From positions 1-38,572 of the IMG/VR virus record IMGVR_UViG_3300048861_000259: DNA of 38,572 nt, one strand, 5' to 3'. Under the pieces are notes generated by a model that worked only from the letters and a program-made list of their open reading frames with translations, made no database searches and was not told the DNA's origin. Source of the DNA: a virus. Lineage: Duplodnaviria; Caudoviricetes. Numbering within the stretch: the first letter of the stretch is position 1; each line of letters begins with the position of its first letter. This document shows, in pieces, positions 1-9,249 of this stretch. The position numbers and the translations under genes are program-made.

Positions 1-378
1 TCAGTTCACCGGCGGCCGCCGGCGATAGCTCAACGCCTCCGCCACATGGATACGCCGTACCGCCTCCACTCCCTCCAGATCCGCCACGCTCCGCGCCACG
101 CGCAGCACGCGGTGATAGCCTCGCGCCGAAAGCCGCATCTGCTCCGCCGCCTTGGCCAGCAAGGCCTGCCCGGGCTCGTCCGGGGTCGCAACCTGCTCCA
201 GCAGCAGGCCGTCCGCCTCGGCATTGGTGCGAACGCCATGCCCGGCATAGCGCCCGGTCTGGACCGCCCGCGCCGCCGCCACCCGCGCCGCGACCTCGGC
301 CGAGCCCTCCGCCGGCGGAGGCAGCACCAGATCAGCCGCAGACACGGCGCGAACATCCACATGCAGGTCGATCCGATC
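1..378 (-). pseudogene. comM: 3' part of comM/YifB Mg-chelatase-like AAA+ ATPase, interrupted by the prophage
   Basis: DRIDLHV...SARGYHRVLRVARSVADL...HVAEALSYR is the ComM C-terminus. The usual SGPLL before DRIDL is replaced by unrelated sequence (KRTIP). Confidence 0.85.
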
Positions 379-414
379 TGGTATTGTTCGCTTTTCAAGT
401 GCCAAAAAAGGCCC

Positions 415-693
415 CTACCCGCGCAGTCTTCTGATGATCCGCTGCCAACCATCTTCGTTCACCGGGAACGGGTCAGCGGTCGGCGCATCGGTGGTCGGCG
501 TGAGCTTGGTGGGGCGGCGGCGGCAGACGGAGCACCGGACGTGTTCGGGCACGCTCGCCCCGTCGCTCTTCCACATATGAACCGCGAACCATCGCCAGAG
601 CTTCGCCCCATCCAAGACACCTGCGTGAGCGCACCAGCCACATTCAAACGACAGGTTGAGGTTTCCAAGCCGTAGGTCTTCGAGACGCTTCAT
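415..693 (-). CDS. small Zn-ribbon protein (CxxC...CxxC)
   Basis: CGWC and CSVC motifs; ATG at 693 overlaps the upstream stop (ATGA). Confidence 0.6.
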   Translation of the reverse strand: MKRLEDLRLGNLNLSFECGWCAHAGVLDGAKLWRWFAVHMWKSDGASVPEHVRCSVCRRRPTKLTPTTDAPTADPFPVNEDGWQRIIRRLRG

Positions 694-902
694 GCAGGCA
701 CAGGGACGATCCTTGCCCCTCGCCCGCCGCACTCGGTACATTTGCAGCGACGCTCCGCTTCCGCGATTGGCACCGGCCCGAAGGCTTGCGCCAACTGCGC
801 CGCTTTCACCTTCCGATCATGGCCGCAGCCGTTGCAGCGAATCACCGCGTCGGCGCTGAACCGGCTGAAATCGAACATCGAGCGGAAGCTGCGGTGACCC
901 AT
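690..902 (-). CDS. small Zn-ribbon protein (CxxC...CxxC)
   Basis: CNGC and CTEC motifs; start just downstream of a LexA box. Confidence 0.6.
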   Translation of the reverse strand: MGHRSFRSMFDFSRFSADAVIRCNGCGHDRKVKAAQLAQAFGPVPIAEAERRCKCTECGGRGARIVPVPA

Positions 903-907
903 GAGGA

Positions 908-922
908 GAACAATGCGGGAAC
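908..922 (-). promoter_or_regulatory. alphaproteobacterial LexA (SOS) box GTTC-N7-GTTC
   Basis: + strand GAAC-aatgcgg-GAAC, 5 nt upstream of the ATG at 902. Confidence 0.7.
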
Positions 923-1028
923 GCCGAGATTCGTTCAAGCGGATCGGGCCGACCGTATCCACGCGATCAGTCCGACCCTTGCCACCAGCGGTCACTATCC
1001 ACGCTGGTGCTGATCACGGCATAGCCGA

Positions 1029-1433
1029 TCACTTCGGCCCGAGTCCTCCACGATCGCGAATCTCACGGATCGATTCCGCGTGCTGGTCCATGCGCGAGTT
1101 GAAGATGTCCACGAGTTCGGTCTTGAGCTTGTCCTGCCCGCGCTCGATGCGCTCAAGCGACTTGTCCACGTTCGCTACCGCCGTTTCCAACTTCACCAGC
1201 CTCTCGATGTCGCCCGTGCGAGCGTGTTCAAGAGCGTCGATGCGGTTCGTCTGATTCTTGAGCGCGTGCTTCGTGTCCGAAAGCTCCCTCGTGTGATTCG
1301 TATCTGCGTTTTCGAGACGCTCGAAGCTCCGCCCCATCTTGGCGGTCCACGCGAAGGCACCTGCGATGAGACCGACCGCCGCCAAGATCGCCGCTGCGAC
1401 GACGCCAACGGCTTCCCATACATCAGGCGTCAT
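1029..1433 (-). CDS. N-terminally membrane-anchored coiled-coil protein (lysis-module associated)
   Basis: One hydrophobic helix followed by heptad-rich sequence; adjacent to the holin-like gene; GAGGT SD. Confidence 0.6.
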   Translation of the reverse strand: MTPDVWEAVGVVAAAILAAVGLIAGAFAWTAKMGRSFERLENADTNHTRELSDTKHALKNQTNRIDALEHARTGDIERLVKLETAVANVDKSLERIERGQDKLKTELVDIFNSRMDQHAESIREIRDRGGLGPK

Positions 1434-1671
1434 TGCCGCCACCTCTTATCGCTTCGAAGCTGCGGGCCGCGACGAAGCCGGTGGCAGCGCCCACGAGTGC
1501 CGCCAGCGTTCCCAAGTCGGGTGCGGTGTGGTTCTTGATCGGCAGATAGATGCCGGAGACGAATATAGAGCCCGCCACGGACCATTCGGCGGCTGGACGC
1601 CACCATGCCGTGGTCACCGCCAGCGCAGCGCTCTGCGCGGCGTGGACGCCCCGTAGAAAGGCACCGAGCAT
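1423..1671 (-). CDS. holin-like protein (3TM/GTA holin type)
   Basis: WRPAAEW motif, hydrophobic segments and C-terminal RSFE..RG resemble that family. Confidence 0.55.
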   Translation of the reverse strand: MLGAFLRGVHAAQSAALAVTTAWWRPAAEWSVAGSIFVSGIYLPIKNHTAPDLGTLAALVGAATGFVAARSFEAIRGGGNDA

Positions 1672-1925
1672 TAGGTGGTCGGCTGATTGAGACCGTAAGC
1701 GCCCATCGTGGTGGCAAGGTCCATCGCCATCATCGAGGTATTCGAGACAGCGCGGGCGAGGAACTGCTTGGCTACCGTGGTCGGGCCACCCGTGCCGAGC
1801 GTCGATAGGATCGACTGAATGTCCGCGACGAAGGCCGCGTATTTCGTGTTGAAGTCGGTGAGCGCCTGCGTCTCCGCAGCCATGATGGTCTCGTTGGCCT
1901 GATCGATCGTGGTGGTGTCAGTCAT
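1671..1925 (-). CDS. hypothetical phage protein
   Basis: 84 aa ORF with GAAGGA SD; stop overlaps the next start. Confidence 0.6.
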   Translation of the reverse strand: MTDTTTIDQANETIMAAETQALTDFNTKYAAFVADIQSILSTLGTGGPTTVAKQFLARAVSNTSMMAMDLATTMGAYGLNQPTT

Positions 1926-1955
1926 GCTATCCTTCGGTGAAACGGGTCGATGTAT

Positions 1956-2498
1956 TTAGTCGGGCCAATCCTGCCGCACGTCGATCGCATCGAGAGACGC
2001 TTGGTCGGTCGCTGCGAAGATGAGATCGCGGTAGCCCTGCGCCTTGGCCTGACACGCCTCATGGCGAAGCTGCACGGCCTTGCTCATGGCGATCATCTCG
2101 TCGGCGGTGAGATCGACGCGCGAGTTGTCGAGCATCGTCCACGTCGTCACCTTGGCGGGATCGATCACCGCCGCCAGCGCAGCACGATGGATGTTGTCGA
2201 GCGCGTCGCCTTCCGTCTGGACGCGACCGTGTGGAGTGTCGCACCCGCCGTTCTGCGCCCACGTCCGGTAGCCCTTCACGCGATCCCAAACCGAGCGCTT
2301 CGCCTCGTCGAGCGCCGGAACATAATCGGCAAGCGAGGTGCCATCGGCGCTGATCACCATGCGCGTCGTCGGCGCGCTGACGGTAGTGACGATCACCTCG
2401 CCGTCCTGAAGCTGGTCGGCCGGTCCATTCGGATCGTGATGGATCGTCATGCGCACAGACTCACCGGGCTTTCCGATGTTGTGGAAGATCGGGCTCAT
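1956..2498 (-). CDS. DUF4376-like tail fibre assembly protein
   Basis: WTMLDNSRVDLTADEM...LDAID..W pattern; ATGA overlap at 2495-2498. Confidence 0.65.
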   Translation of the reverse strand: MSPIFHNIGKPGESVRMTIHHDPNGPADQLQDGEVIVTTVSAPTTRMVISADGTSLADYVPALDEAKRSVWDRVKGYRTWAQNGGCDTPHGRVQTEGDALDNIHRAALAAVIDPAKVTTWTMLDNSRVDLTADEMIAMSKAVQLRHEACQAKAQGYRDLIFAATDQASLDAIDVRQDWPD

Positions 2499-2806
2499 TT
2501 GTTCGTCGTCAGCATCGAAAAGGTGGTATTTAGCAGCGTGATGGCGGTGCTCGTGTAAGTCCAAGTCACCGAAACGGTATGAGCGCCAGCCGAGACGGCG
2601 GTGACGACGCCCGAGCAATAAATGTTGTCGGTGACCGCCGTTGCGCCGCCGACATGGCCGATCAGATTGCCATCGAAATAGACATACGCATCCCACGGGT
2701 TCGATCCCGAGGTGTTGGAGTAGCTCTGCTTCCCGGCGAACGCCACCAATATGTTGCATGGTGAGTTTGCCGTGAAGGCATACGAGTAGGGTGTGTAGCT
2801 GCTCAT
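2495..2806 (-). CDS. small beta-rich tail-associated protein resembling a fibre C-terminal module
   Basis: S/T/G/Y-rich, SAGAHTVSVTW; AAGGA SD; starts directly after the tail tip stop. Confidence 0.6.
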   Translation of the reverse strand: MSSYTPYSYAFTANSPCNILVAFAGKQSYSNTSGSNPWDAYVYFDGNLIGHVGGATAVTDNIYCSGVVTAVSAGAHTVSVTWTYTSTAITLLNTTFSMLTTNK

Positions 2807-5800
2807 TTATTCCTTTTGTTGTGCGATCTTGTTGTGGGTGAAGATATAGGCACCGGGCTCCTCGCCCGCCGCGAACGTCCCGTTATTTACATCGATCAGC
2901 GTAACCGGGAGATCACGGACATACTTGATGCCGACCAAACGCTCCCAACGGAAGCCGCGCTTGTCCATCACGGGCACTTCGAGACCGATCGCGTCGCGAA
3001 GATCGACCACCACACCGCCCTTGAGGGTTATCGGCGTGGATAGAGAGACCACGAGGGTGATTCCGCTTACCGTAGAAATACGGGCGCACGGCACCGTAGC
3101 GCGATCAATCGCCCGGACGGGCTCGACATGCCAGCCGTCATCGCCATCGCGGTCAAGGACGGCGAGATCGTCGCCGACACAAACTGCGCCAGCCCGTAGA
3201 CCGAACGGCATGTGCGAAGTGTCCGCGACGCAGTAGGTCACGCCGCCGCCGCCACCGCCGCCCGACGATCCGCTCTGCGTGCCGCCTTGGAACGGGCCGG
3301 GGTTGCTCGCCAAAATCCACGAGGTTACCGAGTTATCCTGTAGATTGTTGGTGACGATCGAGCCCGCTGTGATCGTCTGCGATGCGTTGATCGAGCCGGT
3401 AGTGATCATCGATCCGTCGATGATCGTGCCGCCAAAGTTTTGCACCAAGAGGTAGCTTGGCGAATACCAAGTGCAGAGGCAAACTACATCGCTGCGCGTC
3501 GCATACGAGCTATCGGTGGTGAACCCGAACCCTGTCGCGCCTTCCGTCCAGTAGATATACCAGAAGCCATTACCGGGAGTAACTACGCCGCCGCCCAAGC
3601 TGACTTGCTGCATGTTGCCATTGCCATCGATCCACTGCGCGTAGCAATTCGGGATGGACACGGAAGCGCCTCCGTTCACGACTTGGAAGGACAAGCCGGG
3701 GAAGTTGAGGTTGCGATGGCCGATGGTCATCTTGTTCGCCGTCACGGTGTTCGCTGCAAGGGCACCGCCATTGATCGACGTATTGTCGCCGCCGTAAATC
3801 CAATTGGACAGCGTGGTAGCCCCGCTGATCAGCACCTTTCCGGGGTTGATCGTCGTCGCGTTCGCATTGATCACCGCTGCCGCGTTCGGGGTAGGACCGG
3901 GATTGTAGGCGGGCTGAATCGTCGTGCCGGGTGCGACCTGACACACCATCGGCTGGCAGCATGTGAGCGTCGCTTGGTTCGTGCCCGAAGACGTCGCATA
4001 CCACTCGACACGCGCACGGACTGCACCAGCCGGGGCGACGGCGAAGATGCCGACCTGCTGGTTGTTTCCGGTGCCACTGATATTCACGTCGCTGCTGGAC
4101 AGCGCGTTACCGCTGCTCACGCCATTGTAGTCATACCACCAACAACGGAAAATCTGACTGCTCGTGTTTGCGCCCGCGAAGAACGCCGAGATTGCATAAG
4201 TCGCGCCGCCCATGACGGGAAACGGGTTATTGAGATCACTCGCGATGCTCGGATTTGCGCAAAGGTCGATCGTCTGCCCCGCCGCTGAAGGCGTGAAGCC
4301 GACGTTCATATACTTGCGACCGAGATAGACACCATTCGACAACAGCGTGGCGATGCCACCCGTGTTGTAGTAGACGCCCCAATAGTTCGTCGTTGCTTCG
4401 AAGTCGGAATACGGCACGAGGTTCGTGCCGAGCGGGGTGTTGGCTGCACCCGCTACCGTCTGAAGATTGAAGCCCGTGTTGCCGATCGTGAGCGTCGCCG
4501 GGAGCGAGCCCGTCGATGCCAGACGGTCGGTTGCGACACCGCCCGCGATAAGCTGATCGGTGCCGATCGAATGAGCCTGAATCTTTGACGCGGCAAGCGA
4601 TCCGTCGATCACCATCGTTCCGCTGTTTGCTTGCCGCACGGTGATGCCGCCGAGGTAGCACTGGCCCGTCCAAGGCGCGGTCGTGCCGTTGGCGTCCCAA
4701 TACAGTCGGTAACCGGATGCACCAGCGGGCGCTTGCGCCTGCCCGGACATCTGGCGGCTCAACGAGTCATTCGGGCAATTCGCGATGATCGCGCTGCTCA
4801 AGTTCGTGCCGGAGGCGTTGAACCACTGGACAACCATGTCGAAGTTGGCGCGGTTCGATGAGTTGTAGAGCGTCGCCTTGAACTCGTAGAACTCGCCGGG
4901 GATGACGCCCGCCACCCCCGGAGGAACGATCTGGACGTTGGGCGCGGTGCTTCCCGCCAGCGATCCCGCCGTTACCCAAGCGAGCAACGAGCCCTTGCTG
5001 TTGACGACGGCTTGGCTGGCGTTGTTGTCGATATACCAAGACGAGTTGTTCGGGATTTGATAGCCGGAAGGCAGGCCCGCGATGCTGCTTGGTCCGAACC
5101 ACCAGCTTGAGTCCTGCATCTGTCCATCGGGGAACAGGCTCGCGCCCTGAACGGCGAGCTTCGACGCGGTGATGGAGTCGGCCGCAAGCGCCGAAGTCTG
5201 GATTGATCCGTTGACGAGATCGCCGCCATCGACCGCCGCCGTCCAGCCGGTCGCCGTATCGCGATAGGTCTTGGCGACATTCTGGACATAGGCGAGCTTG
5301 CCCGATCCCGTGGAAGCCGGGAGGGCGGCAGTCGAGGCGACGGTAAGGGTCGCGTTGAGACCGGGCGTGAAGTCGGCATTCGAGACCGACGCCACCGTCC
5401 CGGTGACCATGGACGAAAACGCCGAGGCGTTGCCCGACGTATCGACGGATTTGAGCCAATAGTAGTGGACGCTGCCGCTGGCGAGACCCGACCGCGAGTA
5501 GCCGCCAGCTTGCCCCGGTAGGGCGTTGACGGTCGCGATGAGCGTGGCGCTCGCCGACGCCGTGGTGGTGCCTTCGTAGACATCCACCGTGTCGAGATCG
5601 AGCGCGGTATCGTTGGTCCACGAGAGGTTGAGACCGCCGAGGCCGACGCTCTGGACCGCAACGGCAGTGGGCGCAGCCGGGGGCGTCGCATCCTTGACGG
5701 TGGTGGTCGAGACGGTGGTGCAGTAGCCCGAGACGTTGCCCGCCTTGTCGCGGGCACGCACTGATGCCTTGACCGGCGTGTTCGGCTGGACGTTGTGAAC

Positions 5801-8098
5801 GATGTAGGTGTTGGTCGAGCACGGGAAGCCGACGAAGCTGCCGTTGTTCGTGGCGATCTCAAGATCGTAGCCCGCGAGGTCGCTTTCGGTGTTCGCGTTC
5901 CAGATGAACACGACATCGCAAAGGCCGCTGCTACCCACGATGGCGCTGGTGATCCCCAAACCGGTCGGGACCGCAGGCGGCGTCGTGTCGATCGCTGCGG
6001 CAACCGAGTTGAGCTTCGAGATGACGGTAGATGCAGGGACGCCGCCGACATTCGAGGTGTCGTTCGCCGTGCCAGCCGACGTGAGGAGATCGTCGATCTT
6101 GTAGACGACACCGCTGCCGTCCACGAGGTTGCCGCCGAGCACCGCACCCACGGTCGCGCCATCTTCGGGCTTCGTGTCGCCAAAAACCGCCGACCACTGG
6201 TTGACCGTGGAAGTCGGCGTCGAGCCGAGCGTCGCTTCCACCCAAGCGCCGAACGCGCCGTTGGACATGCGATAGCGCGCTTGCACGTTTACGCCCGCGC
6301 CGTTCACGCCAGCCGCGAAGGTGTATTTGCCTACCGCGACTTCGGCGAAGCGCTCGACTTCGGTGGTCCAGAGCGAGCCGCCTACGGGCTGCGACTGGAT
6401 TTCGATGCTTTCGGTGCGCAGCGATTCAGGCGGCGTCCACGAGACATCGATGTAGATCGTATCGACGGTATTGGTGCCGTTGACCGAACGCGCCGAGATC
6501 GCGAGACCTTCGACGGTCTCCGCTTCAATCGGATCGTAGGTCGATTCGAGAATGTTGGTCGGAAGCGCCTTCTCTTCCGACGAATCCCACTCATAGATTT
6601 CCGGCGACTCTTCGCGAAGCGTCATCTGGAAGAGGAGATCGAACGATTCCTCTTGCTGGATGACGCGGAAGAGCTTGTTGTTGAAGCCCTGCGGGCCAAG
6701 CGACAGTGAGACGAGCGAGCCGACCGACACGCCGAAGGCGCGCGGCCCGAAGACGGCGCTGTAGGTGCCCCCATACTTCGATTTGACGAGCATCTGCTTG
6801 GCGATGCGCTGCGCGGTCTCCGCGCGATTGACGCAGCCCATATCGACCGTCTGCGCACGCGGGATGGCATCGTAGAGCGGATCGACATCGATCGAGCCCC
6901 AATCGTTCAGGACATAAAGCTGCGACGGATCGGCGAAGCGTCCAGAGATCGACGTGAAGCGCTCACGAGCAGCCGGGGACGGGCTCCAGACACCCGGAGA
7001 CACGATGTCGTCACCCGTAAGCGCGAAGGGCGTGGTGAGGGTGTCATCGTAGCCCTCGATCAGCGTGTAGACGCCATCCACGTCCACGAGGATCGTGGTG
7101 CCCATCGACAGGCAAATCGTGTTAATGACGGTCTCGAAGCTATCGCTGGTCGAAAAGATGCCGTCGCAGGTGTAGCGCTGGACCGTGCCCCCGCTGGCGG
7201 TCTGCACATGCTCTTCGCAGACGTTGGCGTAGACGATGAACGAGGCGAAGTTGATCCGCGACGCGGGGATGCCCATGCCCCAAACAAGCTTACCGTTGAT
7301 GCGCCAGCCGATGAGGAAGGTGAGCAGCGCAAGCGCCGGGTTGCGGCCGATCTGCATGCCAGACGCGGTGCTGGTGAAGCTCCACGTCGTCTGGTCGCCG
7401 GGGCGCATCGAGCCCGATCCACCGTTGGTGGAATCAAGGCGCGGATCGTAGACGGGGCAACCGTTCGCGACGGTCGTGATCTTGGACGGAAGGCCATCGG
7501 TCCAAACCTTCGTCTTATCGAGACGATAGGTGATGACCATGTAGGCGCAGCCGGTGAAGCTTGCGGTCGGACGCCAGTAGTTGCCGGAGCCGACCGAACG
7601 GCCGCTGCCCGCGACGCCTACGGTGTAGGGCGAGACTTCATCGTAGCCGTCGTCATACTTGTTGCCGCTGATGTCCCGGCCGTTCGCCCAGACTTCGACG
7701 GCATCCATTGTGACCGACTGAATGCTGGTAAGCTGGTGCGACGCGAGCGCGATGACGAGCGACAGGCGATCGTTTTTCTTGCCCCATGTTTCCTTGAAAC
7801 GGAGATCGCAGCCGGTCGCCGTCGTGCCGAACACGATCTTGCGGGGCGCGGTGGTATCTTCGTTGAGTGAGAGACGCGCGGCGAGCGAGTTGGAAAAGCT
7901 CGGCGTCTTCTGAAAGAGCGTCGAGACGGCAGAAAGGCCGAGCGAGAGGCCCAGCCCAACGATCGCGCCAGCGGTGATCGTGGCGGTGATGCCGATCGAC
8001 GCAAGCGCGCCAGTGAGGAAGCCTGCGATCGGTGCCGCGAAGGCGACGAGCGCGATTGCCGCGCCGATCACCAAGACCGTCTTGATGAGCTTCGACAT
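2807..8098 (-). CDS. tail tip/central fibre protein (gpJ-like, FN3-like and carbohydrate-binding-like modules) with C-terminal Hint domain
   Basis: 1763 aa from ATG 8098; YDPR and NPAL motifs; DTTPP..P repeats; fibre repeats; ends G7-VTY-C...THN-KIAQQKE. Confidence 0.85.
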   Translation of the reverse strand: MSKLIKTVLVIGAAIALVAFAAPIAGFLTGALASIGITATITAGAIVGLGLSLGLSAVSTLFQKTPSFSNSLAARLSLNEDTTAPRKIVFGTTATGCDLRFKETWGKKNDRLSLVIALASHQLTSIQSVTMDAVEVWANGRDISGNKYDDGYDEVSPYTVGVAGSGRSVGSGNYWRPTASFTGCAYMVITYRLDKTKVWTDGLPSKITTVANGCPVYDPRLDSTNGGSGSMRPGDQTTWSFTSTASGMQIGRNPALALLTFLIGWRINGKLVWGMGIPASRINFASFIVYANVCEEHVQTASGGTVQRYTCDGIFSTSDSFETVINTICLSMGTTILVDVDGVYTLIEGYDDTLTTPFALTGDDIVSPGVWSPSPAARERFTSISGRFADPSQLYVLNDWGSIDVDPLYDAIPRAQTVDMGCVNRAETAQRIAKQMLVKSKYGGTYSAVFGPRAFGVSVGSLVSLSLGPQGFNNKLFRVIQQEESFDLLFQMTLREESPEIYEWDSSEEKALPTNILESTYDPIEAETVEGLAISARSVNGTNTVDTIYIDVSWTPPESLRTESIEIQSQPVGGSLWTTEVERFAEVAVGKYTFAAGVNGAGVNVQARYRMSNGAFGAWVEATLGSTPTSTVNQWSAVFGDTKPEDGATVGAVLGGNLVDGSGVVYKIDDLLTSAGTANDTSNVGGVPASTVISKLNSVAAAIDTTPPAVPTGLGITSAIVGSSGLCDVVFIWNANTESDLAGYDLEIATNNGSFVGFPCSTNTYIVHNVQPNTPVKASVRARDKAGNVSGYCTTVSTTTVKDATPPAAPTAVAVQSVGLGGLNLSWTNDTALDLDTVDVYEGTTTASASATLIATVNALPGQAGGYSRSGLASGSVHYYWLKSVDTSGNASAFSSMVTGTVASVSNADFTPGLNATLTVASTAALPASTGSGKLAYVQNVAKTYRDTATGWTAAVDGGDLVNGSIQTSALAADSITASKLAVQGASLFPDGQMQDSSWWFGPSSIAGLPSGYQIPNNSSWYIDNNASQAVVNSKGSLLAWVTAGSLAGSTAPNVQIVPPGVAGVIPGEFYEFKATLYNSSNRANFDMVVQWFNASGTNLSSAIIANCPNDSLSRQMSGQAQAPAGASGYRLYWDANGTTAPWTGQCYLGGITVRQANSGTMVIDGSLAASKIQAHSIGTDQLIAGGVATDRLASTGSLPATLTIGNTGFNLQTVAGAANTPLGTNLVPYSDFEATTNYWGVYYNTGGIATLLSNGVYLGRKYMNVGFTPSAAGQTIDLCANPSIASDLNNPFPVMGGATYAISAFFAGANTSSQIFRCWWYDYNGVSSGNALSSSDVNISGTGNNQQVGIFAVAPAGAVRARVEWYATSSGTNQATLTCCQPMVCQVAPGTTIQPAYNPGPTPNAAAVINANATTINPGKVLISGATTLSNWIYGGDNTSINGGALAANTVTANKMTIGHRNLNFPGLSFQVVNGGASVSIPNCYAQWIDGNGNMQQVSLGGGVVTPGNGFWYIYWTEGATGFGFTTDSSYATRSDVVCLCTWYSPSYLLVQNFGGTIIDGSMITTGSINASQTITAGSIVTNNLQDNSVTSWILASNPGPFQGGTQSGSSGGGGGGGVTYCVADTSHMPFGLRAGAVCVGDDLAVLDRDGDDGWHVEPVRAIDRATVPCARISTVSGITLVVSLSTPITLKGGVVVDLRDAIGLEVPVMDKRGFRWERLVGIKYVRDLPVTLIDVNNGTFAAGEEPGAYIFTHNKIAQQKE

Positions 8099-8568
8099 TA
8101 GAAGGGCACCGCCCAAGTGAGCGAGCACATGCGCGTCGGGATCGGGATCAAGCCTTGTGCAGGCTCGTCGCCATCGGCGGGAATGACGCCACCGGCTTCG
8201 TCGATGCTGCCGATGAAGCGCGAGAAGGTGCCGCAGCAAATGCCGACCGCACCGATCTCGTCGCCACGATCATGGAAGAGCACGATGTCGCCGCGCTTGG
8301 CGTGAGCGACATGCCGGGGCTTGCCAAACAGGGCGGTGAGCGACTTCGCGAGCGATCCCGCGCCGATCGTCTTGAGGGCTTCCGCCGCACTGGCCGCGTC
8401 GGCATACTTGCCGCGATAGTCAGCCGCGATGTCTACGCCCGTCATCGCCTGCACCGCACCAGCGATGAACAGGCAGCAATCGAACTTGCCGAACTCGAAA
8501 CGGTTGAAGGCTACTTCATCGAAATAGTTGGATAGGGCGAGATGCCAGTGCTCTTTGCGCGAAATCAT
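8098..8568 (-). CDS. NlpC/P60-like tail protein (DUF6950-like)
   Basis: F.FGKFDCCLF..GAV.AMTG.D and RGDI motifs; position between minor tail and tip genes. Confidence 0.75.
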   Translation of the reverse strand: MISRKEHWHLALSNYFDEVAFNRFEFGKFDCCLFIAGAVQAMTGVDIAADYRGKYADAASAAEALKTIGAGSLAKSLTALFGKPRHVAHAKRGDIVLFHDRGDEIGAVGICCGTFSRFIGSIDEAGGVIPADGDEPAQGLIPIPTRMCSLTWAVPF

Positions 8569-8572
8569 CCAT

Positions 8573-8578
8573 TATTTA
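8573..8578 (-). promoter_or_regulatory. TAAATA element (representative; other copies are listed in findings)
   Basis: CTAAATA-ATGG-ATG directly before an SD-less gene. Confidence 0.7.
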
Positions 8579-8583
8579 GGATG

Positions 8584-9249
8584 TCAGTCGAGTGCCCTGC
8601 CCTTGTTGAACAGGTTGTTGTATAGCGAGAACGCCGCACTATGATTATAGGTGTTCGCAATCGGCTGTCCGTTCACGCTCGAAGACATATAGTCTTGCGA
8701 CGTATCGTTCGGATCATACTTCTTCTGGTCGATGTAAGTGCTATTCGAAGCCGCCGAGATGTAGCTGGCATGGCTTTCGATGGTGAGCTTGACCACCGAC
8801 TGCGTGCTGTCCGTGGTGAACTCAAGAGTGTCCATCGATCCACTACGGATGCGGCGGAACATCCACACCGCAGGGGTCGCGAGACCGGCTTGCGAGATCA
8901 TGAGCGCGCGCCAGACGGTCGCGGGACGTGAGAGATATTCGTTGCTGTCGATGCTGGCGGAGACAAGCTCCGGGGGGAGATCGGCGGGGACGGCAAGCGT
9001 CAATTCGAGCGCGTCCGATCCCTGCTCGCTGTAGGTGTTGGTGCCGACATCGTAGGGCGTGCCGCTCATGAACGGTTGGAATGTGTTGCCGTCGAGCAGA
9101 GCGTCGCCCGTGTTGTTCGGCTCGATCGGATACTCGCCGGTCCAGATGAAGGCGGTCTCCGACGCGAAGTCGAGCCGCACGAGGTAGGCAGTGGTGATCC
9201 CCTGTGCAGCGAGCGCGCCGAGCCATTGAGCGTTGAGGTCTTTCGACAT
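8584..9249 (-). CDS. minor tail (hub) protein
   Basis: Start MSKDL at 9249; G.MD..E and DQ...P.D motifs; synteny. Confidence 0.65.
   Translation of the reverse strand: MSKDLNAQWLGALAAQGITTAYLVRLDFASETAFIWTGEYPIEPNNTGDALLDGNTFQPFMSGTPYDVGTNTYSEQGSDALELTLAVPADLPPELVSASIDSNEYLSRPATVWRALMISQAGLATPAVWMFRRIRSGSMDTLEFTTDSTQSVVKLTIESHASYISAASNSTYIDQKKYDPNDTSQDYMSSSVNGQPIANTYNHSAAFSLYNNLFNKGRALD

Noticed and set aside
2831-3232. Canonical cis-splicing intein in the tail tip
   Set aside because: The +1 residue is Lys, only 7 residues follow, and the block-B His is absent; kept as a BIL-like Hint domain
8099-8239. Extended N-termini in the ORF track (8239, 9531, 15393, 20706, 28705, 37577)
   Set aside because: They overlap neighbouring genes or terminators; downstream ATG/GTG starts fit the stop-start overlaps or the TAAATA spacing
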